DNA of 64,000 nt from positions 10,354,001-10,418,000 of the forward strand of contig OZ024745.1 in the NCBI GenBank assembly GCA_964016885.1, in the 5' to 3' direction. The DNA is from Eledone cirrhosa (lineage: Eukaryota). The first letter of the stretch is position 1, and the number at the start of each line of letters is the position of its first letter. The notes under the pieces are model-generated. The model had not been told where the DNA came from. It ran no database searches and saw nothing but the letters and a program-made list of their open reading frames with translations. Made by a program: the position numbers and the translations under genes. This document shows positions 1 to 13,040 of the stretch, piece by piece.

Positions 1-184
1 ACCAGTCCATCTCAGAGTTAAACCCCCGGCTATTGCTGGTGGGACTCATTTTCAGCTGAGTATACTGGAACAACATAAAATGAAGTGTTTTGCTAAAGAA
101 TAGAAAACATAACACAGTCCAGGAATCGAACCCATGACATTATGATTGTAAGTCTAACATCCTTACCACTAGGCCACGTGCCTC
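1..184 (-). mobile_element. tRNA-derived SINE family B, head and central part (runs off window edge)
   Basis: Reverse complement starts GAGGCACGTGGCCTAGTGGTAAGG (A box) and has GGGTTCGATTCC (B box). Central block resembles the copies at 29495-29817 and 47176-47513. Confidence 0.75.
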
Positions 185-982
185 TTCCTTAATTGATGGG
201 AAAACAACTGATAAGGAGCAATATGAAACAGGTTGCAAAAACTGATTGAAGGTGGTGCAAAAAATAAATTTTGCAAAGAAACAGTTTAGCTGGCCAGAGA
301 ATGTGTGCCCAGTATTAGTGTATCTGGTCACTGATGGGACCCTCTGTAAGGACTCTGTCTACAATGACCCTCTTGTAAAGAAGAAAAATAAAAGGAGAAA
401 AAGGAAAACAACAACAAAAAGGAGGAATTGCTGTATTTGGAGATTGCTGTTGATGAGTTGAAGACATCTACCTGCCATATTTCCATTATGTTGAAATAGC
501 AGAGAGAGTAAACTGTATAAAGGTATTGTAATATAAGAAAGTAATCAAAGAAAGCCAGGTAAAAAGAACAAGAGAGATTTAAGTTGCTGTATTGGTAAAA
601 TATGATGGAAACCATTAATATTTAAATAGAAAAATGCGAGAACTATTCATCAGATTCAACATATTCATTTTCAGACTTTGATATGGTTGATGTTACTGAT
701 GAGGGTGATGATGAATAACCCCCAGTCAGCTCTGCATGAAAAGTCTGGTGAGATATCAAATCCTAAATGTTTAATTCTGATTGTCTAGCCTTGCAAATAT
801 CTTCACCACTTCAATAACACCACCACCCCAAAACATACACATACATAACCCAAACCCCAAGACTTAGAAATATATATATATATATAAGCAGAAGAGATAT
901 TCAATTTGTTGGTAATTCAACAAATATAAATGTTTATAACTGATTCAGAGCACTCAACAAGTTTTCTGGAGTATAATATTCA

Positions 983-1226
983 ATATTAAATAAATGGAAA
1001 CTATATTTATAAAACCATATTTATTCTATTATATATATTTCAAGGGTACCAAAACTTTGGTATGCTTTCATCAGATAAAATACGAAGTGTGTTTTATAAA
1101 TTTTGACATAACCAAGGAAAATACCTTAACAGTTCAAGATGAAATTGTACCAAAATTTTGGTACCCTTGAAATATATATAATAGAAAAATATGGTTTTAT
1201 AAATATAGTTTCCATCTATTTAATAT
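983..1226. mobile_element. Foldback/MITE-like element with ~90-bp terminal inverted repeats
   Basis: 983-1072 (ATATTAAATAAATGGAAACTATATTTATAAAACCATAT...CAAGGGTACCAAAACTTTGGTA) is a near-perfect reverse complement of 1138-1226, with a ~65-bp spacer. Confidence 0.75.
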
Positions 1227-1229
1227 CAT

Positions 1230-1295
<66 letters not shown>

Positions 1296-1298
1296 GAT

Positions 1299-1440
1299 TA
1301 TACAGAAAATAGCACTAAGGACTACTAGGCACTGCATATATATCATGAAGAGTATTCTCAATACAATAGAAATAGCAATACCAAAAACAATACTGCACAT
1401 ACCCAAGGTGCACAGAGCTGTGCTTACTAATGCAGTGATA
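1299..1440 (+). mobile_element. R4/Dong-like non-LTR retrotransposon 3' end remnant (copy 1; continues upstream at ~845-875)
   Basis: ATACAGAAAATAGCACTA...GAAGAGTATTCTCAAT matches 4385-4440 of copy 2. CCCAAACCCCAAGACTTAGAAATATATA at ~850 matches ~4355-4380. Confidence 0.6.
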
Positions 1441-3772
1441 ACATACCCAAGGTGCACAGCTTACTAATGCAGTGATAATATACCCAAGGCGCACAGCTTA
1501 CTAATGCAGTGATAACATACCCAAGGTGCACAGCTTACTAATGCAGTGATAACATACCCAAGGTGCACAGCTTACTAATGCAGTGATAACATACCCAAGG
1601 TGCACAGCTTACTAATGCAGTGATAACATACCCAAGGTGCACAGCTTACTAATGCAGTGATAACATACCCAAGGTGCACAGCTTACTAATGCAGTGATAA
1701 CATACCCAAGGTGCACAGCTTACTAATGCAGTGATAACATACCCAAGGTGCACAGCTTACTAATGCAGTGATAATATACCCTGAAGAGTTTAGCGTAAAA
1801 GTTGGCGTCCATCAGGGCTCTGTTCTCAGCCCCCTACTATTTATTATTGCCCTTCAGGCTATAACAGAGGAGTTCAAGACAGGCTGCCCATGGGAACTCC
1901 TATACGCAGACGACCTGACACTCATAGCGGAATCAATGGCCGAGCTAGAGAAGAAATTCCAAACATGGAAGCACGGCCTAGAGTCAAAAGGACTTAAAAT
2001 TAACCTGGCTAAGACCAAAGTTCTAGTTTGTAGGAAAGAAAACAAGGCGGCGGTCCCTTCTGGGAAATGGTCGTGCTCGGTGTGTAGGAAAGGCGTAGGT
2101 AGAAACTCCATTTTATGTCCTAAATGCAAAGTATGGGTGCATAAAAGATGTAGTGGGATCACAGGTAAGCTAACTAAGAACATAGATTTTACATGTGGCC
2201 GGTGTTCTGGTGCAATAAGTAGCAGCAAGTGCCCACAAAATACTAGCTCTTTCAATTGCACAGAGGGTTCTATAGAAATAGTGGACAGCTTCCGTTACCT
2301 GGGCGATAAAATCAGCAGTGGGGGGGGGGGTGCTCTGAAAGTACTGTAGCTAGAGTCAGAACTGGTTGGAAAAAATTCAGAGAGCTTATACCACTATTAG
2401 CTGCTAAAGGGTTCTCCCTAAAAATGAAAGGCAGGTTGTACGATGCCTGCATACGAACAGCAATGTTGCATGGTAGTGAGACCTGGGCATTGTGTGCAGA
2501 GGATATACGCAGACTAGAGAGGAACGAAGCTTGCATGCTCCGCTGGATGTGTAACAGTAATATACGTGAACGGCAAAGCATAAACAAACTAAGGAAAAAA
2601 TTAGAGATAAGAGGGATCAGATGTTGTTTACTCGAGAGAAGGCTGCGTTGGTATGGACACGTGATGCGCATGAAAGTCGATAGCTGTATAACAAAGTGCA
2701 GGGCAATAAAGATAGACGGTAGCCACGGAATAGGCAGACCTAGAAAAACATGGGATGAGCTGATAAACTCCGACCTCACACACTTACACCTCTCCAAGAC
2801 AATGTCACTGGACCGAGACCTTTGGCGGTACTCAGTAACAGAGAAGACCCGCCTTGCCAGTAGGCATCTCTAACAAAATACACCCTGTCCCGCCACCACC
2901 CCCACCCCATCCACACCACCCCGTTCTATGTAAAGTTATGTTGGTGCCGCGCCATCCAGGCCGAAACAAATGAGATCGTGTAGGTGTCACGACAAAAAAT
3001 CACACAGTCCACGCTGTAATGTGGCCGTGTAGGCAACACGGTAAAAACCTCCCAGACCCACACTGTAAATGTGGTTGGTGTTAGGAAGGGCATCCAACTG
3101 TAGAAAACCTGCCAGACAGTCCTATGCGAGCAAGACAATCACTCTTGCCTCAAGTGGGACTACCCCCGTCCAAACCCATGCAAGCGTGGAACACGGACGT
3201 TAAACGTTGATGATGATGATGATGATGAAGGTGCACAGCTTACTAATGCAGTGATAACATACCCAAGGTGCACAGCTTACTAATGCAGTGATAACATACC
3301 CAAGGTGCACAGCTTACTAATGCAGTGATAACATACCCAAGGTGCACAGCTTACTATTGCAGTGATAACATATCCAAGGTGCACAGCTTACTAATGCAGT
3401 GATAACATACCCAAGGTGCACAGCTTACTAATGCAGTGATAACATACCCAAGGTGCACAGCTTACTAATGCAGTGATAACATACCCAAGGTGCACAGCTT
3501 ACTAATGCAGTGATAACATACCCAAGGTGCACAGCTTACTATTGCAGTGATAACATACCCAAGGTGCACAGCTTACTAATGCAGTGATAACATACCCAAG
3601 GTGCACAGCTTACTAATGCAGTGATAACATACCCAAGATGCACAGCTTACTAATGCAGTGATAACATACCCAAGGTGCACAGCTTACTATTGCAGTGATA
3701 ACATACCCAAGGTGCACAGCTTACTAATGCAGTGATAACATACCCAAGGTGCACAGCTTACTAATGCAGTGA
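1397..3772. repeat. 37-bp minisatellite (TAACATACCCAAGGTGCACAGCTTACTAATGCAGTGA), split by an RTE insertion at 1782-3227
   Basis: Near-identical tandem units at 1397-1781 and 3228-3772. Confidence 0.95.
1782..3227 (+). mobile_element. 5'-truncated RTE-clade LINE (RT C-terminal half, 3'UTR, (GAT)n tail), frameshifted
   Basis: ORFs 1768-2349 and 2424-2873 carry QGSVLSPLLF, YADD, FRYLG and RLRWYGHV..GRPRKTW. An 11-G run at 2320-2330 (9 nt in the copy at 14729) shifts the frame. (GAT)n tail at 3208-3227. Confidence 0.95.
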
Positions 3773-3789
3773 TGACACACAAAAATAAA

Positions 3790-4530
3790 AACTGGTTTAA
3801 GAAACACTGGACTAAATAGTGAGAGTGAAAGATTTCTAATTGCAGCACAAGATCAAAGCCTCCCTCACCAGAAACCACCAAAAATACATAATGAAGCAGA
3901 ACACAGTAACTGTAGAATGTATGATGGTGGTGGGGAAGAAACAGCCACATTATCTCTGGCTGCACAGTCTTAGCCCAAAAAAAAGAATATAAACAAAGGC
4001 ATAATAGAGTTGAGATTTACATACACTGGAAGTTATGCCAACACTACGAAATACCAACAGAAAAAAGGTGGTACAAACATACACCAGAAAAGAAAAGCTG
4101 TCAGAGAATGACAAAGCAACCATACTCTGGGATATGGCAATATACACAGACAGGGAGATCAAACCCAACTAATAAGATATCATAGTCAAAGACCACAAAG
4201 AGAAAAAATATTTCTATCTCTACAAGGAAATGGATAAATTATCCAAATATAAAGATCTGGTGAGAGAAATAACCCAAATGTGGATAAAAACAGAAACAAT
4301 CCCTATAATAATAATAGGGGCCCTGGGAGTGATAAATACAGACAAATATGTAACCAAACCCCAGAACTTAGAAATATATAGAGTATACAGAAAATAGCAG
4401 TATTAGGTACTGTATACATATTATGAAGAGTATTCTCAATAGAAACAATACATCACATACCGAAAGTGTACAAAACTGTGTTTGGTAACATATTGACAAC
4501 ACACAATTATAAGACTAATGATAATAATAA
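3790..4530 (+). mobile_element. R4/Dong-clade non-LTR retrotransposon remnant (zinc knuckle plus restriction-like endonuclease region)
   Basis: Frameshifted translation gives FLIAAQDQSL, HIISGC, RHNRV..YIHWKLCQHY, TILWDMAIYTDREIKPN.DIIV, KLSKYKDL, PIIIIGALG and QKIAVLGT. It ends in a TAA-repeat tail. Confidence 0.8.
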
Positions 4531-4710
4531 TTGTTTCTACTTTTAGGCACAAGGCCAGCAATTACCCAGTGCATTACTGGTACTTTATTTTATCGACCCC
4601 CGTAAGAATGAAAGGCAAAGTCAACCTCGGCGGGATTTGAACTCAGATCGTAAAGGGACGTAACTATGATGGAAAGCATGGCGTCCGACCCTCTACCGAT
4701 ACTGCCAATC
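4529..4710 (-). mobile_element. tRNA-derived SINE family A (Deu/Nin-type central domain); a second copy follows at 4762-4976
   Basis: Reverse complement has an A box (TGGCAGTATCGG), a B box (GAGTTCAAATCC) and GCCTTTCATTCTTACGGGGGTCGATAAAATAAAGTACCAG. At least a dozen copies occur in the window. Confidence 0.85.
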
Positions 4711-5893
4711 TACAATAATAATAATGGTTTCTAATTTAGTCACCAACTTTCTAATGATGATAATTGTTTCTACAAGACCAGTTATTTTGGAGGAGGGGAA
4801 AGTTGATTAAATTAACCCCTGTGCATTACTGGTACTTTATTTTATCAACCTCCATAACGATGAATGGCAAAGTTAACCTTGGTGGGATTTGAACTCAGAA
4901 CGTAAAGGGCTGTAACTATATGCCGCAAAGCATGTTGGTTGACGCTCTACCAATTCTACTGCCAATCCACTACCCTCCTTATAATAATAATGTCTCAGTT
5001 CTTAGATATGTTTAGCAGCATCAATCAACTCAACTTGAAATCAAAAAGATAAAAATTGGATGGAGTTCCAGGAATAAAAAACAAACTTCATTCATCCTAA
5101 AACCATGAAAAAAAACGAAATTAATTTAAACGCACAAAAAAAAGAAAAGAAAAGAAAATGAAATGCGATGGTCTATATATAGAAATTTATTTTAAGATGA
5201 AAAATTCTGAAAACAGCAGACAAGAGAAGATACAAATATTTTGAGACGATTTAAATTATTTTAACTGTCTCAATGACTTTGTCTCAATGATACAACTGGA
5301 GCCATTTTGATCAATTCCACACCATATAACAAGACTAAATCAGACATTGCCAACTCAACTGGAAAAAGTTCTTGAAATTGTCTTCTTGGAAGAATTTACT
5401 AGCGCACTGACAACTTTTATGTTGATGACTATCATTGAAAATCTCTGGAATGAATTTTAAAGACAACTGCAGGTATGGGGAGTTGCACAACCGGGTGTTA
5501 AGAGGAATTTATCTGAGATAAGGATACACAAACAAGATAACTGCTGCAGCTTTCAGTTAATAATACAACAAAGGCAACTGAAAACAACTGGCAAAAAGCC
5601 ATTGATAATTGATTACACACAGATTCCTCTAAGACAAACTGTTTTAAAAGGCAGTATTACTTTCTAAAGACTAGCCAAAACTAAAAACGTAATAAATATA
5701 ACCTAATGCTTTCAATTTATATAAAAACTCCTCAGAGTACATATATCCCCTACTCTGAATGCTCAGATGAGATGGAGGGGTCAGCATCCTGTTTATATAT
5801 GCTCCTTCTCTCTCTATTGGATGCTTTTTATAATGGCAACAACACTAGGGAGGTTGTCTTATCTTATCTTTGACACAGCTGAAAAATCCTCTC

Positions 5894-6215
5894 TTTGTTT
5901 GGGAAGTTCTCTATAGTTGGAGGTCCTATCTGACCCTTTGTTTGGGAAGTTCTCTACAGTTGGAGGTCCTATCTGACCTTTTGTTTGTGAAGTTCTCTAC
6001 ATTTGGAAGCCCTTCCTATCTGATCCTGCTATGTTTGGGAAGTTCTCTACAGTTGGAGGCCCTTCCTATCTAACCCTTTGTTTGGGAAGTTCCCTACAGT
6101 TGGAAGCCCTTCCTATCTGATCCTGCTTTGTTTGGGAAGTTCTCTACAGTTGGAGGCCCTTCCTATCTAACCCTTTGTTTGGAAAGTTCTCTACAGTTGG
6201 AAGCCCTTCCTATCC
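5894..6215. repeat. ~44-49-bp tandem repeat derived from an RTE-tail-related dispersed repeat
   Basis: Units TTTGTTTGGGAAGTTCTCTACAGTTGGAGGCCCTTCCTATCTAACCC resemble the TTTCTACAGCTGGATGCCCTTCCTA segment of the RTE 3'UTR (antisense). Confidence 0.75.
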
Positions 6216-6859
6216 CCAACTACTTTACTGGGTGTAGTTGTTGGGATAGGAAGAATGTACTGAGTGTGTTTATCATGTAGACCAGCAACAGGTTAACATG
6301 TCTTGAATACAAGAAGTCCTCCCAACCCTTTGATGGGAGATTTTGTAGATTCAGTTGAAAGTCTGGAATATGCAACAATAAGAAGTATTTCATATTCTAT
6401 TCACAGTTTAATATATTGTATATCAGTTTTGCTGCCTATGTAAACATATTTTCTTATGGTTTGTTTATATTTTAAATGTGTCACATCATTGTTCTCCATG
6501 TGATATTCATCATGGTGGTTGTGTTGATGATGATGAAAATACAATCAAAATTAATTTGATATGTAAACTTTTATGTTTAACTCTTTCTTCTTCACTCTGT
6601 TATATTTCCCAAACTATATTTTCCTCTGACATATTTCTATAATCCTACACACAAGATGACAATACATGGGTTTGAAAACAATATTTTTTATTCTCTTTCT
6701 ACCTTCCAACTAATTTTCGTTATCATCACTATTATTATCCTAGTTTTTACGTTTACTTTTCCATGTTGGTATATTTTGGACAGGACTTTTTGAGGCAATG
6801 TTTTACACTTGGATACCCTTCCAAACACTAACCTTTTTAGCTATTTCTATCAATATACA

Positions 6860-7995
6860 GGGATACGGTGCACCTGTCCTAAATTGGATAACAAAACCTA
6901 CTTACGGCATACAGGAGTAGTGTACCTATTCTAAACTGGATACACAGGGCCTTCTTACAACACACAGGTATATGGTATACCTATTCTAAACTGGATACAC
7001 AGGGCCTTCTTACAACACACAGGTATATGGTATACCTATTCTAAACTGGATACACAGGGCCTTCTTACAACACACAGGTATATGGTATACCTATTCTAAA
7101 CTGGATACACAGGGCCTTCTTACAACACACAGGTATATGGTATACCTATTCTAAACTGGATACACAGAGCCTTCTTACAACACACAGGTATATGGTATAT
7201 CTATTCTAAACTGGATACACAGAGCCTTCTTACAACACACAGGTATATGGTATATCTATTCTAAACTGGATACACAGAGCCTTCTTACAACACACAGGTA
7301 TATGGTATATCTATTCTAAACTGGATACACAGAGCCTTCTTACAACACACAGGTATATGGTATACCTATTCTAAACTGAATACACAGGGCCTTCTTACAA
7401 CACACAGGTATATGGTATACCTATTCTAAACTGGATACACAGGGCCTTCTTACAACACACAGGTATATGGTATATCTATTCTAAACTGGATACACAGAGC
7501 CTTCTTACAACACACAGGTATATGGTATATCTATTCTAAACTGGATACACAGAGCCTTCTTACAACACACAGGTATATGGTATATCTATTCTAAACTGGA
7601 TACACAGAGCCTTCTTATGACACACAGGTATATGGTATATCTATTCTAAACTGGATACACAGAGCCTTCTTACAACACACAGGTATATGGTATATCTATT
7701 CTAAACTGGATACACAGAGCCTTCTTATGACACACAGGTATATGGTATATCTATTCTAAACTGGATACACAGAGCCTTCTTACAACACACAGGTATATGG
7801 TATATCTATTCTAAACTGGATACACAGAGCCTTCTTATGACACACAGGTATAGGGATGTGGTGTACTTATTCTAAACTGGGTATATACGGCCTTCTTACA
7901 ACACACAGGTATAGGGATGTGGTGTACCTATTCTAAACTGGATATACAAGTCCTTCTTACAACACAGTGGGATATAGTGTACCTTTTCTAAGCTA
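6860..7995. repeat. 55-bp minisatellite
   Basis: Unit TATACCTATTCTAAACTGGATACACAGGGCCTTCTTACAACACACAGGTATATGG, period 55, with degenerate edge units. Confidence 0.95.
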
Positions 7996-8362
7996 GATAT
8001 ACATGGTTGATTTTTTTTAACCCATGTTTTGTCCTACAGATATCTTAACACAGGGATTACCCACTTCTTTTGTTTACTGGCTGTAAATAAATAAGGGCAT
8101 TTATTCCTTTTCAAATTAAAGTAAAAATACTTAATTACACCTGTACATCTGCCACATACAAAGTTGTCCTTCTCCAATAGTCTACCAGTGCTTAGTACTT
8201 AAAAGGATATCTACTAGTAAAACAAGTAACATTTGAACAAATATTTAAAAAATGATGACACCATTGTGGAATTGGTGGTATTGACATAATTTCAAAATGT
8301 AATCAGAGAAAAAAACTGCCTGATACATTTAAAAAACAAACTTGGAATATCTTCAAAATAGA

Positions 8363-8975
8363 TCATCCTCATCGCTTTAACATCCACTTTCTCTGCTAGC
8401 AAGGGTTGGACATGTTTACATAGACCAAGTCAGTACTGAAGTAGGGCTACTGACCTCCCAAACAGGCCAGGGCGGTATGCATCTCCCTTTTTGGTCTCAT
8501 GTTCTATCAAGTGCACAGTGATTGGGGGGGGGGGGGGGGGTCTTTGACACAACTGAAGGGTCTTCCCAACTCTTTGTTTAGCAAGCTTTCTACAACTGGG
8601 TCCCTATCATTAAATTACCCAAGACACCTCCAACGAGATATACCTTGGAGGAAGCCAGCTAAACATGTATAGGTGTGAGCTGTAACAACAAAACAACAAC
8701 TGGATACCCATCCTATCACTAACCACTTTACACCATGTACTGGGTACATTTATCATGAAGATTGCCAACTCTAAAAAGGTTGTCATGTCCTTGACATGAC
8801 TGAAGGGTCCTCCCAACCCTTTCTACAGCTGAATGCCCATCCTATCACCAACCACTTTACACCATGTACTGGGTGTGTTTATCGTATAGATCACCAATAC
8901 TAGGGAAGCTGTCATGTCTTTGACACGACTGAAGGGTTCTCCCAACATTTTGTTTAGCAAGCGTTCTACAGCTGG
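8363..8975 (-). mobile_element. Non-autonomous dispersed repeat with an RTE-like tail and internal tandem modules (family D)
   Basis: Colinear with 50350-50702 (TAGACCAAGTCAGTA...TTGGTCTCATGTTCTATCAAGTGCACAGTG...TTTGACACAACTGAAGGGTCTTCCCAAC). Related pieces at 5790-6340, 12800-13030 and 58545-58850. Confidence 0.65.
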
Positions 8976-9597
8976 ATCATCATCATCATCACCGTTTTAC
9001 GTCCGTTCTTCCATGCTAGCATGGGTTAGACAGGTTGTCCTGTTGTGGGCAGTGTCTGGTCGGCTGACCATGCCTTGCTCATACAGGAACTGATTTTGGC
9101 TTGATTTCTACAGCTGGATGCCCTTCCTAACACCAACCTCATTTACAGTGAGTTCTGGGTGCTTTTTTCCATGGCGCCTACACGTCCACTTTACAGTGGG
9201 AGGGTGTGGGGGCATATTGTCTATATGCTTCAGCTTGTACCCATGGGAGGTCGGGTACTCTGTATTACTGCGTGACGCCAGAGGTCACAGTCGTGTGTCA
9301 TCGCCTTTGAGAGGTGTAATTGGGTAAGGTCGGCTTTTATCACCTCATCCCAGGTCTTCTTGGGTCTCCCCACTCCGCGGTTTCCATTGACTTCTAGTGC
9401 TCTGCACCTTTTTATGCAGCTGTCATCCTTCATACGCATCACATGTCCATACCAACGCAACCTCCTCTCCTGCACACAGCATTTGATTCCTCTTATGCTC
9501 AGTCTCTCTCGATTCATTTATGCTTTGTCGTTCGCGTATATTACTATTACACATCCATCGGAGCATGCAGACTTCATTTCTCTCTAATCTACGTAAA
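8976..9597 (-). mobile_element. Short 5'-truncated RTE LINE (different subfamily)
   Basis: ORFs 9423-9620 and 9230-9517 give RRLERNEVCMLRWMC and RRLRWYGHVMRM..GRPKKTW. (CAT)n on plus at 8976-8990 is the (GAT)n tail. Confidence 0.9.
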
Positions 9598-9761
9598 ATA
9601 GATGGGGGTTTTAACTTCACAACAATGATGCAAGGAAATTGGAATTAACTGATGTTGACTTAATAAAGTTTGCTAATAAAGAAATAATTAGACATTTACC
9701 TTTCTCTTGTCAAATAACTAAAATAGTTTGGTGAATGTAAAATGTTATTTCAGCATAATTT

Positions 9762-9948
9762 AATTGTTTCTACTTTTGGCACAAGGCCAGCAATTACCCA
9801 GTACATTACTGGTACTTTATTTTATCGACCCCGTAAAGATGAAAGGCAAAGTTGACCTTGGCGGGATTTGAACTCAGAATGGAAAGGGCCGTAACTATGC
9901 GTCAAAGCATGACGTCCGACCCTCTACTGATACTGCCAATCCACCGCC
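9762..9948 (-). mobile_element. Full-length SINE family A copy with 19-bp target-site duplication
   Basis: TTATTTCAGCATAATTTAA occurs at 9745-9763 and 9954-9972. Head GGCGGTGGATTGGCAG. Confidence 0.9.
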
Positions 9949-10265
9949 TTTCATTATTTCAGCATAATTTAAAGTGGAGATATTTGCTCTCCTAACATGC
10001 CACAGTGGAACAAGATAGGTTATCTTTAACCAAATAATCAATTTAGAAGAAAGAACCAGAATCAAGCAATGTAAACAGCAAGTAAATTAAAAAGCTTTTG
10101 ATTGGAAAAATAGAACAAATATTCAGTGTTCCACCAAAAGTAAACCATTACACAGTATTGATCATTAATCATATGCATCTAATTTGATGATATTAAGTCT
10201 AATGCATGTTTTCTTCTAAACAAAACTAATGGAGATAACAGGAGGAAAGATCAAATAATACTTAC

Positions 10266-10467
10266 ATTTCTTGACAAACTCGTAAACATATTTGTTTTTC
10301 AAGAGGTTTTGTGTCTGACATTCATTAAACAAAACATACAAACAATCCAAGAGTCCCTGGTGGTTCACTAATGATTCCGATATGCCGGTCTCTTGGATCT
10401 CTCCATGCATCAGCTTCTCCAGTTTTTGGATTCGATTAGTAATTGAATCCATGCTTTCATTATCCAT
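10266..10467 (-). CDS. CIT: First coding exon of a citron Rho-interacting kinase-like gene (DMPK/ROCK/MRCK/citron N-terminal region)
   Basis: MDNESMDSITNRIQKLEKLMHG...NHQGLLDCLYVLFNECQTQNLLKNKYVYEFVKK resembles the citron N-terminus (pattern S.EG.LDAL.VLF.EC....L.K.K.V..FV.K). Phase-1 donor AAAT|GTAAG after 10266. Acceptor TTTATTTTTAG| opens the exon at 10477, 10 nt before the ATG. No kinase-domain exon was found at 1-10200. Confidence 0.8.
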
Positions 10468-11916
10468 TTTGATTTAGCTAAAAATAAACAATTAATAATA
10501 ATAACAACAATATAAAGAAAAATAAACAAATAATAATTAAAAATAAACAAAATAATAATGATAAAAATATAAAGAAAAACAAAACCGTTCTGAATAAGAT
10601 GACTTTAATGAATATTTACTAATTTATCAATATGATCTTTCTTTTTGTTCGTTTCTTGATGAGCAAACAGAAATTATTAGAAAAACAATTGAAATAGCAA
10701 AGACTTTTAGTTTAGTTTGGACTGTATTTAAAACTAAATTAATTTATTGGTGATCACATTTTCCCCTCAAGTATTAGCAGAATATTAATTTGCTGTTAAT
10801 GTATTTAGAAATTATTTCAGTGAAGGATTAATACAAACATCTGTAGCTATAATAAGAGAAGAATCGCTAACCAAGTGAGAAACAATAGTCACTTTGGACA
10901 CAAACCCCAGTACTGCGGCCTGCAATGCAGGGGAAAGGGAAACAAAGAAATGCGGGGGATTGTCCAGCCTCAGGTGTCCTCTGACCCCATATTGCTGAAC
11001 TCCTCTGCAAGATCAGAACATCAGTAGCCCATCTGAGGAAGGAGCACCGCGTGATTGGGTGGCTGGCCATTGTCTGGTGCAGCCCCAAGACCGCTGCACA
11101 CTAGGCCTAGAGCCCATCACCCTCCCGCTTCATTCTTCTGTGACCCTGGAGCCCTTGCTTTTCCCTTCCTTTTCTTTTTCCAACATTTATAGTGTTTTTT
11201 TCTAATTATTGTATAGTCATTCCTTCATGTAATCCTTATATTGACAAATGACAGTAAAAGGTTGGGTAGGGATGAGGACAAAATAGGTTTTCTTCCTTCC
11301 TTATAGTTTCTCATCATACTGTTTTACAAACTTTCAGCCATGATTATTGCTATTTGTTGTTTATTGCTTCATATTTGTTTTGTTAAATAACAGGAAAATA
11401 AGAAAGCTTTCTCATTAAACATCAACAATTGAAGTTTGAAACAATAAACATGCAACATCAACTAGTGTATTTTTTTAAATGCCCTGTTTCTAAAGGATAA
11501 CGAGATCTTTAAAATATACATATACACACACACACACATGCTAGTGTGGAAAATAGACATTAAACGATGACACACTGAGTCATCAACACAAATTCTGAAT
11601 ATATAATTTAAAATTGATAGCCTCTAGATTATAGTGTTTAAAAACTATTTTTGTCCCTCAAGAAAAAATATAAGAAATGGCGCATTTTTGATTACTTAAT
11701 ATACATTATCACGAAATGATAATGTGAGGGAAGTTCTTGGTAGCAACCACATATTGGGAAATCATCTCATAGGAAGATTTTCTTCAATTACTGTGTGCAA
11801 GGCCTTTCTTCAATCGTTTACACACACACATATATGTATACATAGATTTACACATACACACACATATATATACATATATATATATACATATAATTATTAC
11901 ATAATCAAATAGCTCT

Positions 11917-11962
<46 letters not shown>

Positions 11963-13040
11963 GATAACTAGTAGCTCCTACTTCTTGTTCTATTTAATAA
12001 AGATATTTGCTAATCATTGGAGAAACCTCTAATGAGCAGCTTGTCTCCAATTTCAACAACCTGTCAACACTCATCTCTTCTTCAAGCCAATTAAAGGTTG
12101 ACAGCCCTCACAAACCTCAAACTCCCTAATTGATCAATTAGTCACATTAGTACCCATCTATACCAATATACTACTCCCTTTATAAGTCCCTCTGGTAACT
12201 AAATTACATGCAAGTAGTGATTCACCAATATGATTTGAACTCCAAAACTAAAAGTTAATACTTCAAGCCAACTATTCCAACTTTATTCTTACACTAAATC
12301 ATGTTTGTATAACTATAAAACAATAACCCAATTGAAATCATACTAATTGTATTCTGTAATGTGGTAGTGCTGGTGCCATGTGCATGCATTTCATAAGGGG
12401 CAACTAAAGGAGTTGGCACAAAAACAACCAACTGATAGGTTGGATTGGATACTTTTTGTTGTGTCATCAATACAGACTACTTTACAGAGTGAACTGGGTG
12501 CTTCTTGACGTGTCACCAACATGACCCCCCTTACAGAGTGTATTTCATTAGAAATATGGAGAGAAAAGAAACCACACTACACATATATCTTCACCAATGT
12601 ATAAATAATGAGAAAGTCCATTGGAATCTTTTGACATGCTTTTAAAATAAGAAATCACACCACACACATTTGAAATCTCTTAAATGAAGATTTCAAAACT
12701 GATTTTAAGTTAAATTGTTTTCATTTGTTATTTCAAAAAGTAAAAGAAGTTTCTTATAACAGTTTAATTTCTTCACAGTCAGGGGCCCAACATATGACCC
12801 CACACTCTAATGGGTGCATTTTATTGTGGCACCAACACCAGAGAAGTTGCCATGTCTTAAAAGTCTTCCCAACCCTTTGTTTGGCAGCTTTTCTATGGCT
12901 GGATAGCCTTCCAATCACCATCTACTTCACAGGGTGTGTTTATCATGTAGATCACCAACACTAGGGAGGTTGTCATATCTATGGAACAGTCTTCCTGATA
13001 CTTTAGCTGGATCCTCTTCCTATCATCAACCACTTTACAT

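Noticed and set aside
1854-2797. Antisense ORFs over the RTE copies (also 15067-15792 and 63675-63902)
   Set aside because: Shadow frames of the RT coding strand with no independent support.
5430-5475. IENLWNEF*RQL, similar to the Tc1 transposase motif after SPDLNP
   Set aside because: Too short, contains a stop, and has no flanking motif or TIR to confirm it.
10216-10265. C-terminal part of the 83-aa ORF (CKYYLIFPPVISISFV)
   Set aside because: It lies beyond the GTAAG donor and is intron read-through.
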